From: Balanoglossus misakiensis
Taxonomy: Eukaryota > Animalia > Hemichordata
Direction: 5' to 3'
NCBI GenBank assembly: GCA_040954595.2
Contig: JBECUI020000036.1
Span: forward strand, 62,001-126,000
DNA: 64,000 nucleotides
In this document: piece after piece, positions 30,748 to 42,500 of the stretch
How the letters are laid out: the number at the start of each line of letters is the position of its first letter
How positions within the stretch are numbered: the first letter of the stretch is position 1
The notes under the pieces: model-generated
The model's database searches: none
What the model was told of the DNA's origin: nothing
The model's input: the letters and a program-made list of their open reading frames with translations, nothing else
Position numbers and translations under genes: made by a program

Positions 30748-32693
30748 TTATGCAATAAACAAGGGGTCTACGTCCACCTCAAGATGCACCCGTGCATGCC
30801 CTCGAACAGCTTGCAAGAGCTTGCGAACATAGCGATGAAGAAGTTTTACATCGGCAGACGAACAGATAAGATGCATCCGGTGTTTATTGCTATCATATTA
30901 ATATAACAATCAGTCGGTCCGGTAATGCGAATTGATGGAATAACAGTTCGGTGGGCATACTCGCCTAGTTTTCTAATATGTTCTTGCACATCTTTTTTTG
31001 CTTTTCCGCGGCAAACAAGTCGAATTAGACGATGAAATGGGGGAAATTCAGTTTCCTGTCGGACCTTGAGTTCGGCATTGTAGAAAGCATCAATATCGAA
31101 TGTCGCAGCACAACGTATCGCATCGTGGTCGGAGCGCAAGGTTTGCACGATAACCTTCCCATCCTGAGAAAAGCGGCTAGCTCTGCCTGATACCTGAACA
31201 ATCTGAGAAAATGTACGCTCTGACGCACGGAAGTCCGGTATGCTTAAAGCAGTATCCGCAAGAACAATTCCCACCAGTTTCACCCCGGGAATATTGAATC
31301 CTTTTGCAATCATTTGGGTTCCGATGAGTATATCATATTGATGACTATGAAAGTCCTTCATGACCTTCTCGACATTGCCCTTTTTTCGTGCTACATCACT
31401 ATCCAATCGGGTAATGCGAAAATTCGGGAAGTAATTCGATATCTCCTCTTCCAGCTTTTGCGTTCCAAATGTAACATATCCAACATCAAATGATGAACAG
31501 TGTTCACAGTTTTGACGAACCTGCGCACTGTACCCGCAGTAATGGCAGAGCATTTTATCCATCGTCTTATGATACGACAGATACACCGAGCAATGCACAC
31601 ATCTCATTACCTCTCCACAACTTCGACAAAAGAAAAGATGTGAAAACCCCCTTCGATTGAGAAAGAGCACAACCTGTGCTCCTGCATGAACGGTACTATG
31701 CACTGCCTCAACAAGTCGCGTAGACAGCATGTTTTTTTCTTTCCCCATATCGACTAACTCGATATGGGGAAGTGCACCGCCCGCAACCCGTTCCTGCAAG
31801 GATATCCATCCTATCTCACCCATGCGCATCTGATGCCATACCTCTACCGACGGGGTCGCCGAACCCATAAAAAGACGGGCACCCTCTAGCTGACAACGCA
31901 TAATAGCAAGCTGCCGCGCATGATAACGCGGAGTCTGTGAAGACTTGTAGGAACTATCGTGTTCTTCATCAATAATAATTAATCCAAGATTGACCAATGG
32001 TGCAAAGACAGCACTGCGTGTGCCGACAACAAGCCGGATTTTTCCCTGCACTATGGCACGCCACTGCCCTAACCGCTGCCTATTGGTAAGACCGGAATGC
32101 AATATCGCACTCGGTTCGGTGAAGCGTTGTCTAATATCATGGATCAGCTGATAACTTAATGCAATTTCAGGAACAAGGTAGATAACGGATTGTCCGCGCT
32201 CCAGGTACCGTCTAGCGGCCCGTAAAAATACCTCGGTCTTGCCCGAACCGGTAATGCCGTGGACGTATACAGAAGAATGCGTGCCTTCCTCCAGCTCTCT
32301 CAATGCTCGCTCTTGTTCGGCAGTTAGCTCATGCCAGCCACTCACCTCTGCCCCTTCCTGTTTCTGCAAACTACCAAGTTTTTTTATCCGGTATGTCGGC
32401 ACCATAGTAAAGAGACATTCCCCAAGACTTGCAAAATAAAGCTTCGCCATTCTCTGAGCTAATTGCAGAAAGACTTCGCCGAAGAGGGGTTCGGTATCAA
32501 GACATTCAATAATATCTTTTATATCATAATTCGGCGCAACATTCCGTCTCCCAATAACAATGCCCATAATTTGTTTTTTTCCCAATTCGGCAAGAACACG
32601 CATTCCAGCCGTACAACTATCCGGAGCCCGATAGGTAAAGGACTGCGGTAACGGAATGGGGAAAACAACATCAACAAAATCGGAAGTGCCCAT
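30748..32693 (-). CDS. priA: Primosomal protein N' with a 1-nt frameshift near 30888
   Basis: GITGSGKTE, DEEHD, SATPS, Cys clusters, GTQMIAKG, QVSGRA. The alternative frame supplies the ...EVDVDPLFIA* end. Confidence 0.95.
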
Positions 32694-32695
32694 AC

Positions 32696-33376
32696 TTACC
32701 GTGTTTCCAAAAGTTTCTTTAATTCTTTCAGATCCTCCCAGACATTCCGACGTAGAGAGGGGTTACGGAGCACCGCACTGGGATGATATGTAATTAAAGC
32801 AGGTCTATCAAAAACCGTACTCACCGTACCGTGATATTCCTTCATAGTGCCGAATTGCTGCAACAATGCTTGCATAGCGACCTTTCCCAATACAAGAATA
32901 ACCTTCGGCGATAACAATTCTATTTGCCGGTGCAGATAGCCAATACAAGCATGACATTCATCATCGGAAGGGTTTCGATTACCAGGTGGGCGACATTTAA
33001 CGATATTAGCTATATAAGCATTCTGATGACGCGAGATGTGTATTGCCTTCAACCATTCATCAAGATACTTGCCGGCCTTTCCCACAAAGGGAAGTCCTTG
33101 CCGATCTTCCTCTTCGCCCGGTCCCTCTCCGATAACAAGAACATCGGGGTTTAATACTCCAGTTCCGAAGACAGTCTGGGTTCGTTCACCTGCTAACGAA
33201 CATTTCTGACATACTGCAACCTGTTCGGCAAGAGCAGTCATTTGATCCTCAACCGACTGAGCAATCGATGAACTGCTCGGTGCCGAGTCCGGGATGGGCG
33301 CATGAAATTGTCGATAGCCACCCTGGAGATAATCCTGTAAATCATTCAAAATTTGATGATATTTCTTGTTATTCAT
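32696..33376 (-). CDS. Uracil-DNA glycosylase family 4
   Basis: [33 protein letters not shown]. Confidence 0.93.
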   Translation of the reverse strand: MNNKKYHQILNDLQDYLQGGYRQFHAPIPDSAPSSSSIAQSVEDQMTALAEQVAVCQKCSLAGERTQTVFGTGVLNPDVLVIGEGPGEEEDRQGLPFVGKAGKYLDEWLKAIHISRHQNAYIANIVKCRPPGNRNPSDDECHACIGYLHRQIELLSPKVILVLGKVAMQALLQQFGTMKEYHGTVSTVFDRPALITYHPSAVLRNPSLRRNVWEDLKELKKLLETR

Positions 33377-34127
33377 CGTATTCAACATCTACCAATGTCA
33401 ATCCATGCGGCTCAGCACTCATGCCTGCTGCCGGACGACTTCGCATGGACAATATATCTGCAATGCTCTGCTCTACTGCCTCACCGTGCAAGCGTTTTAT
33501 TTCCCGCCCGACTACGGTCCCGGCAATGGCACGAACCATCCCCCGAAGGAAGCCGTTTGCACAAATGTACAAGCGAAAGAAATCATTTTCACGAACAAAA
33601 TAGGCGTAGCGCACTCTGCGTACAGTCGATTGTTCCACCTGAACTGCACGGCAAAAGGACGCAAAATCATGCTCGCCGACACAATCAGCAAGATCCTTAT
33701 TCAAACGTATAACATTACATTTATTCGACAACGGAACCGCATAGTATCGATACTGCGGTATCAATATCGGCATACAGCAGTAGTCATATCGATATACGCG
33801 CCAACGTGCACTATAACGAGCATGAAATTCGGGTGATACATTCCTACTGGAAAGTGCCCGAATATCAGCCGGCAATCTGGCATTCAATGCAAAGGCAAAC
33901 CGTTCGGCAGGAATAGTATCCAGGGAGCTTACAACATTGACGTATTGCCCCTCAGCATGGACCCCACGGTCAGTTCGTCCTGCCGCATGAAACTCCGGCA
34001 CAATCCCTGCATGCATATCCTGCAATGCTTGTACTAACTCGTTCTGCACCGTTCGAACATTCTGCTGCGATTGATAGCCAAAAAAGGCAGTGCCATCATA
34101 TGCAATCTTAACGAGAATATTACGCAT
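33369..34127 (-). CDS. truA: tRNA pseudouridine(38-40) synthase
   Basis: AYDGT.F.G.Q, AGRTDRGVHA, FHARY, FLRGMVR. Confidence 0.96.
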   Translation of the reverse strand: MRNILVKIAYDGTAFFGYQSQQNVRTVQNELVQALQDMHAGIVPEFHAAGRTDRGVHAEGQYVNVVSSLDTIPAERFAFALNARLPADIRALSSRNVSPEFHARYSARWRVYRYDYCCMPILIPQYRYYAVPLSNKCNVIRLNKDLADCVGEHDFASFCRAVQVEQSTVRRVRYAYFVRENDFFRLYICANGFLRGMVRAIAGTVVGREIKRLHGEAVEQSIADILSMRSRPAAGMSAEPHGLTLVDVEYDE

Positions 34128-34995
34128 TTATCGTCGACAATTCAATATGTTCGATCTCTTTTTTCAGTTCTTCATGCAAAGTATGTGCATGATTGAGTAT
34201 AGCACTCGGCTTCCCTTTAGAGCTACGTCCCAATCCAAACATTTTCGACACTGCCGTGCGGAGTTCTTTGAGTTTCTCCAGTCGTTTGGTCGGATCATCT
34301 ATTTGTCCATAATTCATATTGAGCATAGCGAGCATGTAGATAAACCCGTCAAAGGCATAATTCTTATCGGTATCAGGTCCGAGATAAGCGACCTCGTGCA
34401 GAGGTTGTTGCCGTGCCATATCAAGCCGCCATGCCTCATTATACAAATAGCATGTCTTTCGATAGAAATATTTTGCCAGATAATCATAATTTTCATTTGG
34501 ATAGACCTCATGCATACTGGTAGACAACCATGCGGCTCGGAGGCTGGAGATGCCTTGCTTAATAACGGGAACCTGATTAGCCGGAAAGTGTTCGTAGGTA
34601 TACATGGCAAGTACATACGATGCCAACCCACTTACCAAATTCCGGGACTCTTGGAAATCCACTGGCTTATGAAATATTTCTATTGCCTTGCGACGTTTTG
34701 CTTCTCCTTGTGCTAACACATCTATAATTCCCGGTGGTATTTTCTCCATATCTCCGAGAAATGTTGCAACAAGGCATTTAGGACAAACACTCACGGCATA
34801 TGCTTGTGGGTATACCGCACCAAAACGTTTTGAAGGAACGTATAAGCGACGTAATTCGTTTGTCAACTCACCGGCAATCAGTCGTCCCCGTCCCGAGTAT
34901 AGTTCTTCATTATAGAAGTTACACCCACATACTGGGCATATGGTTGGTTCTTTTGATAAAAAGCTCAGTTTTTTCTGTTGATCTTTCTCTTTCAT
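34120..34995 (-). CDS. DUF2225-like protein
   Basis: CPVC, GRGRL, CPKC, LRAAWL; sits in the spirochaete truA-acpS block. Confidence 0.75.
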   Translation of the reverse strand: MKEKDQQKKLSFLSKEPTICPVCGCNFYNEELYSGRGRLIAGELTNELRRLYVPSKRFGAVYPQAYAVSVCPKCLVATFLGDMEKIPPGIIDVLAQGEAKRRKAIEIFHKPVDFQESRNLVSGLASYVLAMYTYEHFPANQVPVIKQGISSLRAAWLSTSMHEVYPNENYDYLAKYFYRKTCYLYNEAWRLDMARQQPLHEVAYLGPDTDKNYAFDGFIYMLAMLNMNYGQIDDPTKRLEKLKELRTAVSKMFGLGRSSKGKPSAILNHAHTLHEELKKEIEHIELSTINA

Positions 34996-35366
34996 AGTTC
35001 TCCCTCAATAACAACCACTGCACATGCGTATTTCTCTTCATGGGTCAACGAAACATAAATACTGTTTCCCCCAAGCGCTAGAAAACGTTGCCTTGCGGTT
35101 CCAGTCAACTCCAATTCCGGTTTTCCCTTCCTATCACTTCGTAAACCGATCATCTGCATGGATAATCCACGTAGCCCGGTTCCCAATGCCTTTGAACATG
35201 CCTCTTTTGCCGCGAACATCGCCGCATATGCGGAAGCAGGTGCATTATGTCGACATGCATATGCACGTTCCACGGTATCAAAACAACGCTTGAGAAGTCC
35301 TTCCTTCGCCAGCCATTTTTCAATCCGAGGAATATGCACCATATCAATGCCGATTCCCAATATCAT
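34992..35366 (-). CDS. acpS: Holo-ACP synthase
   Basis: GIGID, FAAKEA..KALGTG, GKP, SLTHE. Confidence 0.95.
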   Translation of the reverse strand: MILGIGIDMVHIPRIEKWLAKEGLLKRCFDTVERAYACRHNAPASAYAAMFAAKEACSKALGTGLRGLSMQMIGLRSDRKGKPELELTGTARQRFLALGGNSIYVSLTHEEKYACAVVVIEGEL

Positions 35367-36295
35367 TCGCTTCGCTCCTCTACCTGAAGAGTAACTACTT
35401 CCGGTTCATAATTCAATACGGTTAGTCCCGGGGGAACACGTGGGACAACTGAAATATCATAGGTTCCGGGTCCTGTTATAAAACTCGCATCAACAATCAG
35501 ACGAAGTTCACGCTGGAGAACTCCTTCTATATCTTGAAGCAATGCCTGCACTTGTATAGTTCCCCCCATTAACGGAGAAACGATCCGCAGATCTTCATCA
35601 AGATCAATAAGAACTACTTCAACTGATGTAAATTCATTTAGTACCGGTACTACCTCTATCGAAGCAGAGTATTCTACGGTGCCACCGGAAGCAATTTGTA
35701 TGACTGGATCAGGAGAAATTAAGGCAATTCGGATAGAAAAATTTTGGCGCCGATCCGAGAGATCAATACTACGGGTAACAATATGAGTAATTTCACGCAC
35801 ACGGCTTGTAGGCCCTTCTATAATAACGTTTTCCGGGGTTACGCGAGCACTGACCAAGCGATAGCCAGCCGGCAAGAAATCCGATGTTACTGCTTCGACC
35901 GAAACTTCTTTCCTCATTGTCTTTTCAATTTCCACGGTGATGACCTCAGGTTCTACCCGTACTTCAAGTGGGTCTATACTCAAAGCATTACCGCTGCGCT
36001 GTATAACTATCGGCAATGTATAAGATCCGCGCGTACTGTAACTGGAAAAGTCGGCAACTGCCCTAAGTTCGGTTAGTCTAATGTCCTGCAACTGTTCTAC
36101 TTCACCCCGTATGCTGACCCGTACTTGGTTCGGGTGTGGTGCAACCGGCGAGACCGACTCATGCAGCTGGAGATCCAGCGGAACATTAAAGTACTGTACT
36201 TGAAAATTAATACTACGATTAACAACAAGAAGAAGAAGCGCAATAATAAAACATACAGTCTTCGGAGTCCAATTCTTAAAAATACTGCTCCACAT
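35363..36295 (-). CDS. cdaR: CdaR/YbbR-like protein
   Basis: N-terminal TM helix and YbbR-type repeats (P..V.I.GP); directly downstream of cdaA. Confidence 0.85.
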   Translation of the reverse strand: MWSSIFKNWTPKTVCFIIALLLLVVNRSINFQVQYFNVPLDLQLHESVSPVAPHPNQVRVSIRGEVEQLQDIRLTELRAVADFSSYSTRGSYTLPIVIQRSGNALSIDPLEVRVEPEVITVEIEKTMRKEVSVEAVTSDFLPAGYRLVSARVTPENVIIEGPTSRVREITHIVTRSIDLSDRRQNFSIRIALISPDPVIQIASGGTVEYSASIEVVPVLNEFTSVEVVLIDLDEDLRIVSPLMGGTIQVQALLQDIEGVLQRELRLIVDASFITGPGTYDISVVPRVPPGLTVLNYEPEVVTLQVEERSE

Positions 36296-37095
36296 TATCC
36301 CATCTCATTTTTTTCGGTACTGATACGTAGTCCACTACAAAGTCTGTGCAACTCCTCCCGAAACGTTTGCAAGTCCAACTTATAATGCAAGACACCATCA
36401 AAAGCAAGACTGATTGCACCGTTTTCTTCAGAAACCACAATAACAACTGCATCACTTTCGTCTGCCAATCCAAGTGCTGCTCTATGTCTGGTACCTGAAA
36501 ACTCACCGATATCAGCCTGTTCAGACAAAGGCAACAAACAAGAGGCTGCAAGCATCCGCCCATTTTCTATAATCAATGCACCATCATGGAGGCGGGTATC
36601 ATGCTCAAAAATAGTAATAAGCAAAGCAGCACTTACCGATGCATCAAGGAAAATTCCCTTATCCGCTATACTAATCTGGCTGACGTTTCTGCTAATAACA
36701 ATTAACGCACCACGTTTCTTCCGAGAAAGCCATTCACTTGCCTCAATAACGGGTGCAGGATTAAAGGGAACTGTTTTCCCACGTGAAAAACGAAAAAATC
36801 CCCCCTGACCAATGCGAAGGAATATTTTTCGAATTTCCGGCTGAAAAATTATTGCCATAGCAATAACAAGGCTTGGTGCCAACAGATTCAGCATCCAGAG
36901 TAGGGTTTGTAGTTGCAGAAAATACGCTAATAGATAGAGGATGCCTATGTAAATGGCACCTCGCACAAGTTGTACCGCACGAGTGTGTACCAGCAGACGA
37001 TAGCCCTGATAGATAAAAAAGAACAGGAGAAATACATCAAGGGTAGGGAGAAAGTAATCGCGAAAAAGTCGACCTATGACAACCCAATCCAGCAT
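36295..37095 (-). CDS. cdaA: Diadenylate cyclase
   Basis: Three TM helices, IIFQPEIR, HDGA, GTRHRAALG, VVSEE. Confidence 0.95.
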   Translation of the reverse strand: MLDWVVIGRLFRDYFLPTLDVFLLFFFIYQGYRLLVHTRAVQLVRGAIYIGILYLLAYFLQLQTLLWMLNLLAPSLVIAMAIIFQPEIRKIFLRIGQGGFFRFSRGKTVPFNPAPVIEASEWLSRKKRGALIVISRNVSQISIADKGIFLDASVSAALLITIFEHDTRLHDGALIIENGRMLAASCLLPLSEQADIGEFSGTRHRAALGLADESDAVVIVVSEENGAISLAFDGVLHYKLDLQTFREELHRLCSGLRISTEKNEMG

Positions 37096-37098
37096 CTG

Positions 37099-37962
37099 TT
37101 ACACAACTGTTTCTATTGCATGCAACACACGGAACATATCTTCCGTCTGTCGCACATCATGAACACGAATGTATTCAACCTGATTCAATGAACAAACAAG
37201 GGAAGCGGCAAGGCTCCCGGCAAGTCGTTCCTCAGGACTACGTGTTGTATTATCCCCCATAAGAATTGATAAAAAACTCTTTCGGGATAATCCAATTAAT
37301 AAGGGATACGCAAAGACACGCAAACATTCCAGGTTACCGAGAATACGCAAGTTATCATTACAGGTCTTTGCAAACCCGATTCCAGGATCTAAAATGATCT
37401 GTTCGGCGCGAATGCCATGTTTCTGAGCAATATCAATGCATTCGCTAAGTTCCTTCATAACCTCTGTGACCGTATCAGTATATATGGCTTTTTCTTGCAT
37501 ATTCTGTGGGGTTCCACGCATATGCATAAGAACAATGGGTACATTTCGCTCAGCAGCAAGGGCTGCCATTTCAGGATCATAGTGCAAGCCGGAAACATCA
37601 TTTATCATATTTGCCCCGGCATCCAAAGCAGCAGATGCCACTTCTGCCTTACGGGTATCAATAGAAATGAGTCCATCACTATGGTCGCGTATAGCACGAA
37701 TAAGCGGAATAGTCCGTTCAGTTTCTTCAGCAATGCTTACCGCGTCGCTCCCAGGTCGGGTCGACTCGCCACCAATATCTATGATATCAGCACCATCGGC
37801 ATACATCTGTTTCGCTCGTCGAACTGCATCGTCTATATGTGCTACACGACTGGGAGAATAGAACGAATCGGGGGTTGCATTGAGAATACCCATAATCCGA
37901 GGGCGATGAAATTTCATTTCTCGGGTATTAAATCTCTTGCACATATCCAATACTTCAGCCAT
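37099..37962 (-). CDS. folP: Dihydropteroate synthase
   Basis: MGILNATPDSF, DIGGESTRPG, DPGIGF, SRKSF, RVHDV. Confidence 0.96.
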   Translation of the reverse strand: MAEVLDMCKRFNTREMKFHRPRIMGILNATPDSFYSPSRVAHIDDAVRRAKQMYADGADIIDIGGESTRPGSDAVSIAEETERTIPLIRAIRDHSDGLISIDTRKAEVASAALDAGANMINDVSGLHYDPEMAALAAERNVPIVLMHMRGTPQNMQEKAIYTDTVTEVMKELSECIDIAQKHGIRAEQIILDPGIGFAKTCNDNLRILGNLECLRVFAYPLLIGLSRKSFLSILMGDNTTRSPEERLAGSLAASLVCSLNQVEYIRVHDVRQTEDMFRVLHAIETVV

Positions 37963-37984
37963 GAAATACCTCGGTATTTATCGG

Positions 37985-38080
37985 CTATTTACCTTTTTTC
38001 TTATGACGATTCTTGCGTAGCTTTTTTTTGCGCTTATGCGTTGCTATTTTATGTCGTTTGCGTTTACGTCCGCAGGGCAC
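37985..38080 (-). CDS. Small ribosomal protein bS22 (AURKAIP1/COX24-like), 31 aa, absent from the ORF track
   Basis: GTG start with AAGGAG SD; translates to MPCGRKRKRHKIATHKRKKKLRKNRHKKKGK*. Confidence 0.9.
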   Translation of the reverse strand: MPCGRKRKRHKIATHKRKKKLRKNRHKKKGK

Positions 38081-38146
38081 TCAATTCTCCTTTGTCATCA
38101 TCCATATATAAACAATACTTAAGTATTGTGATAATGCGCATCCTTG

Positions 38147-39079
38147 TCAATACAAGATGGTATTAATAAACTCAGCAATAGTACTTCTTCCAAACCACTT
38201 AATTTCTTTTATTCGTGCAAAGAAAACCATTTGCCGTTTCGCATACTGAATGCTACTTCGTTCCACCTGTTCTTGGATAGTCGGTAGTATATCATACATC
38301 TGTCTTTCCGACAAGTCCGCTCTCATTCCATATTGCCAAAACTCACGATATCCAATTGCCCGCATACCCGGGTCGGTCGGTGCATAGTTTTTCTGCATTA
38401 ACTCACGCACCTCATCTGCCAGTCCAGCGGCAAACATCTCTGCCGTCCTACGACGAATACGGTCCCTCAGACTCTGCCGCTGCACGTGCATGCCGGCGAC
38501 AATCGGTTTATAGCGGGAACGTATCCTGCTGGGAATCCGATAACTCGAAATCGGCTTGCCTGTACATCGGAAGACCTCCAAAGCACGAAGTACCCGATAT
38601 GAATCCGAACAATGGATACGTGAAGCCGCAATCGGATCAATCTCGGTTAACTCTGCATACAATGCTTCCTTGCCCTTCTCGATCAATTCCTCTTTCAACT
38701 GCTCCCGTACCTTCAGGTCGGACGGCGGCGTTTCGGGAAGACCGTAGAGCCAAGAACGAATATAAAAAGCAGTACCACCTACAATTAGAGGGATACGCCC
38801 CCGGGCATGAATAGCAGGAATAAGTTCATCGCATTGCCGAACAAATTCCGCAACATTGTACTGCTGATCGGGCTCAATAATATCAATAAGATGATGACGA
38901 ACCTTCTGTCGTAGCTGCAGGGAAGGTTTTGCTGTCCCTATGTCCATGCCCCTGTATACCTGCATGGAATCCGCACTAATAACTTCTACGCTATCAGCCG
39001 GAAAATGCTGAATACATTCTGTCTTACCGCTTGCAGTTGCCCCAACTATACATGCTACCAAGGGTTTTGTCCGCATCAT
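38147..39079 (-). CDS. miaA: tRNA dimethylallyltransferase
   Basis: GATASGKT, DSMQVYRGMDIGTAKP, VGGT..Y, YAKRQ. Confidence 0.96.
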   Translation of the reverse strand: MMRTKPLVACIVGATASGKTECIQHFPADSVEVISADSMQVYRGMDIGTAKPSLQLRQKVRHHLIDIIEPDQQYNVAEFVRQCDELIPAIHARGRIPLIVGGTAFYIRSWLYGLPETPPSDLKVREQLKEELIEKGKEALYAELTEIDPIAASRIHCSDSYRVLRALEVFRCTGKPISSYRIPSRIRSRYKPIVAGMHVQRQSLRDRIRRRTAEMFAAGLADEVRELMQKNYAPTDPGMRAIGYREFWQYGMRADLSERQMYDILPTIQEQVERSSIQYAKRQMVFFARIKEIKWFGRSTIAEFINTILY

Positions 39080-39300
39080 GCACTTATATTATAGGTAATC
39101 TCTCCTGTGAGGACTTCTTCCAGTGCCACTGATACTACCTTTGTCTTATTTGAAAATATCAGCGGATTCTCATCCGGGAGGCTCGTGTCCTTATACCACT
39201 TACGCAACTCGGTTACATACATAGACCGTTTAATTATTGCACAGGTAAAAGTATATATATTCTCATTATAATCAACTAGATTATCTAAATTTACTGACAT
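39076..39300 (-). CDS. rpoZ: RNA polymerase omega subunit (spirochaete type)
   Basis: NIY..TCA.I.R...KVVSVALEEV pattern; overlaps the miaA start; GGAG SD. Confidence 0.7.
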   Translation of the reverse strand: MSVNLDNLVDYNENIYTFTCAIIKRSMYVTELRKWYKDTSLPDENPLIFSNKTKVVSVALEEVLTGEITYNISA

Positions 39301-39441
39301 GATAACACTCCACCATGGATTGTATCATATCACAGAGACTATGGGAATAGATTGATGTCCCCGCTCCCTAAGAATTTCCACAATTTCCCACTACAATAGT
39401 ACGGTTCGCACTCAGTTTATGCCCGGAACTGCCTAAGAAGG

Positions 39442-39495
39442 AATAACAAAAACGCTGGCAGCATACTCAGCACTATACATGCCCAACTGCCAGCG
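39442..39495 (-). terminator. Putative intrinsic terminator of the giant lipoprotein gene
   Basis: 9-bp stem CGCTGGCAG/CTGCCAGCG (39453-61, 39487-95), followed on the minus strand by TTTTTGTTATT. The 25-nt loop is long. Confidence 0.55.
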
Positions 39496-39505
39496 ATTCG
39501 ACAGA

Positions 39506-42500
39506 CTACTGATTGCCAAAATATTGTTTATCCGACTGGTCCCATAATACGGGAAACATTCTAGCTCTCCATGCCCAACTACCTAGTTCGTTTGTAAAAG
39601 AAAAATCATTCATGCTTGTGCTGCTTTCGTCCGTATGCGTTTGATGAAACACTTGAACATCATCGTTTATGTCACTGGTGCCAATGGTATCATAGTATCG
39701 ATACCCGCCTGATACAGCTCTTTGTTCCAAATTGATTGGGTCGCTAATCTGTTCAATATAACTTCCCGAAGGAAGGGTGCCTGCCCCCAAGCTCCCGAAC
39801 GTACCAGTATAGTACGCACGTACAGTGCTTATGCTGTTCATAACTCCTATCACCTGACCTGTTGTCATACTACCTGAAAAAATACCGGTTATCACGGTTT
39901 CTTCGTTGTCCCGCCCTGCAATAGCAACTAATCCACCGATTCTTTCAGTATTGCTACTGGTAATCGTTCCTACTACATATCCTGTTATGGAACCACCTAT
40001 CGTATCAGCTACAAGACCTCCAACATATGATGTACCACTGACCGAAGCAGATACATACCCCAGCACAGCACCCACATCTCGTCGAAGCACTAAGTTTTCA
40101 TCAACATATAGGTGACCGCTATTTAGCCCTACCAAACCACCAACAACTGCCGAACCTTGTACACTTCCCGACACGAAGCCGATTATGGTTGTAATAGATT
40201 TTGCCGTATTTTCCCCTACTAAGCCGCCAACCTTGTTGTTTCCGTTTACCGTCCCTGTCATAGATCCCTGAAGTTTTCCTATGTTCACTCCTACTAGTCC
40301 ACCAACTTTGTCCGACCCTGATACCGTTCCCGCCATGCTTCCTATTATTTCACCATAATTCATACCAGCAAGTCCGCCGACTACATGAGATTTCTCTGCT
40401 ATGACGTCTCCATGATTGCTGACATCTCGGAGGATACCGTTTATCAAGACTGCCCCGGCAATACTACCGATGTTGCCATCATCTATGAGATACGGTGACT
40501 CATAATCCGATTGAATAACAGTTCCCGCTCCCGATACCTGAATGGCATAGTTGGATATCGTCCCCGATTTTAACTCTCCTGCTATGGTACCAACATATTT
40601 TCTCGCATGGACAAAAGGGTCAGTTAGAGTAAGATCCTTTACTGCAACAATGTCGGCACTTGTTGTCTCAATAACTTTGAACATGCCGACATGGTCCATG
40701 AATCCATTACTAATGTAGAAATGAGAAATAGTTTTATGGTTGCCATCCAGACTGCCAGTAAATCGTTCAATAGGTGTAAACCCACTTACAGGGAATCCTC
40801 TGGTACCTGGAATTGGAAATGATATATCCGTCTGTATCAAGTAGTTTGCTGCTGGGTCATGGCTTATTGCCCGCAGATCCTGCCAGCTATAGATGTCGTG
40901 TACTCCCGCAACACTCTTTGTTACATCGATTTCAGTTACATCATTCCCGTCGGTAATAGTTACGTGAATAGCAACACGATTTGCATTTTCCACCTTCCAT
41001 GTCTCATAGTCCATCCGTGGACCAATTCCAATCATTCCTTGTACCTGTGCAACAATGTCTGTTCCGCTTCCTGTATAAATGGGCGGAGCACTTGAAAGAT
41101 CGGCATTGCGTATTGATATTTCTGCAGTTAAAGAGGTAATATCGGTTTTTCCCGGCAATACAAACAACAAGGGATTATCAATGTCTCCGATACTGAAATA
41201 AGACTGTGCCACCGTGTTTGCTCCCAGCTTGTAGATATAATCAGCCTCCGAACCAACGAGTATCGGTACCGAAACTGCTTTTGTGCCTACATATACGTCC
41301 GAAACTGTACGTACAGTTACCACAACACTGTAATATCCGCTTTCAGTAGATGCCGATACTGTTATCTCTCCGGTATTCTCATCAATAGAAAATCCTTCTG
41401 CATTTGCTTGTATTGCGTAGGAAAGAGTTCCTACATCATTGGGAAATGTATTTGTCGCCGAATACATTGTTTCACCTATAGCTGCAGCACTCGTATCGTA
41501 AGAAAGATCAAACTGTTCAAGTGAATACGCTGAAAGAACCATTAAACTAACCGCAGTCTCAAGTCTACCAGTGTAAGTCATGGAACTTCCCTCTGGGAGT
41601 GCAGCACGAATATAAAGAAAATATGATCCTGCAGGTACGGATTCTGTAACTTCCAGCCTCCCATTGTTCAGAACAAAACCCGGATTTGATATTGTTGTAT
41701 TTGAACGTTCAATACTACCAAATGTATAAACAAGGGTGTCTTGTAATAGAAGCAAATCCTCTTCCGAAATCTCTTCGCCCGAAACCCTCCGCGATACAAT
41801 AACATCATAGGATGCCGTACCCGCTATGCCCGCTTGATCGGTAGAATACGATATTCGGATAGGCCACATAGGTGCTGATACATTGATGGTCAAGGGAATT
41901 TCTAGTACTCCGTTCGTCCCCCATGTAACGGTAACGGTAACCTCATAGCTCTTTATAGAAACTTCAGGAGGTGCTATTATTGTCCCGTCTTGGTTGTTTA
42001 CGGTTATACCGTCTATTAATTCGCCTTGATTGGTCGCTGCTATTGTATAAGATAGTGAAATATCAGGAGGAAATGATGATAGAGACGGAACAAGAGCAAA
42101 TAGTTTATCGCTCGTACTCTTACTCATATAGAGCATTCCGTCCCCGCTATAGTATATCCGTGGCTGTACGTTGATCATCTCTGTTACGGATAAGGTGCCC
42201 CTATAATGTGAATTCGATGCAGTAACAATAACCTCGTAGACGTTAATAGAAGTGCTGCTTGACACTGCTAGTCGTCCCTCTGCATCGATTGTAAAACCAT
42301 GATTTTGAACGGCTATGCCTTCCTGTAGAACAGAAAGTGAATATTGCAGAGCATCCTTGGTTAAGGAATCGGGCAATCCGTCAACGGTCAACGGATATAA
42401 TGCTGTTGTACCATATTCTATCGGTTGATCAATCGTGTAACTCATGGTACCAGTCAAAGGATCTAATACAATTATCCTGATAATGAAATCGCTTGTTGCC

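Noticed and set aside
37417-38166. 249-aa plus-strand ORF and the many other short overlapping ORFs
   Set aside because: These are antisense or alternate-frame shadows of well-supported genes (here folP and bS22) with no motifs.
39301-39445. Structured ncRNA upstream of rpoZ
   Set aside because: Only weak, imperfect pairing and no recognisable family features.
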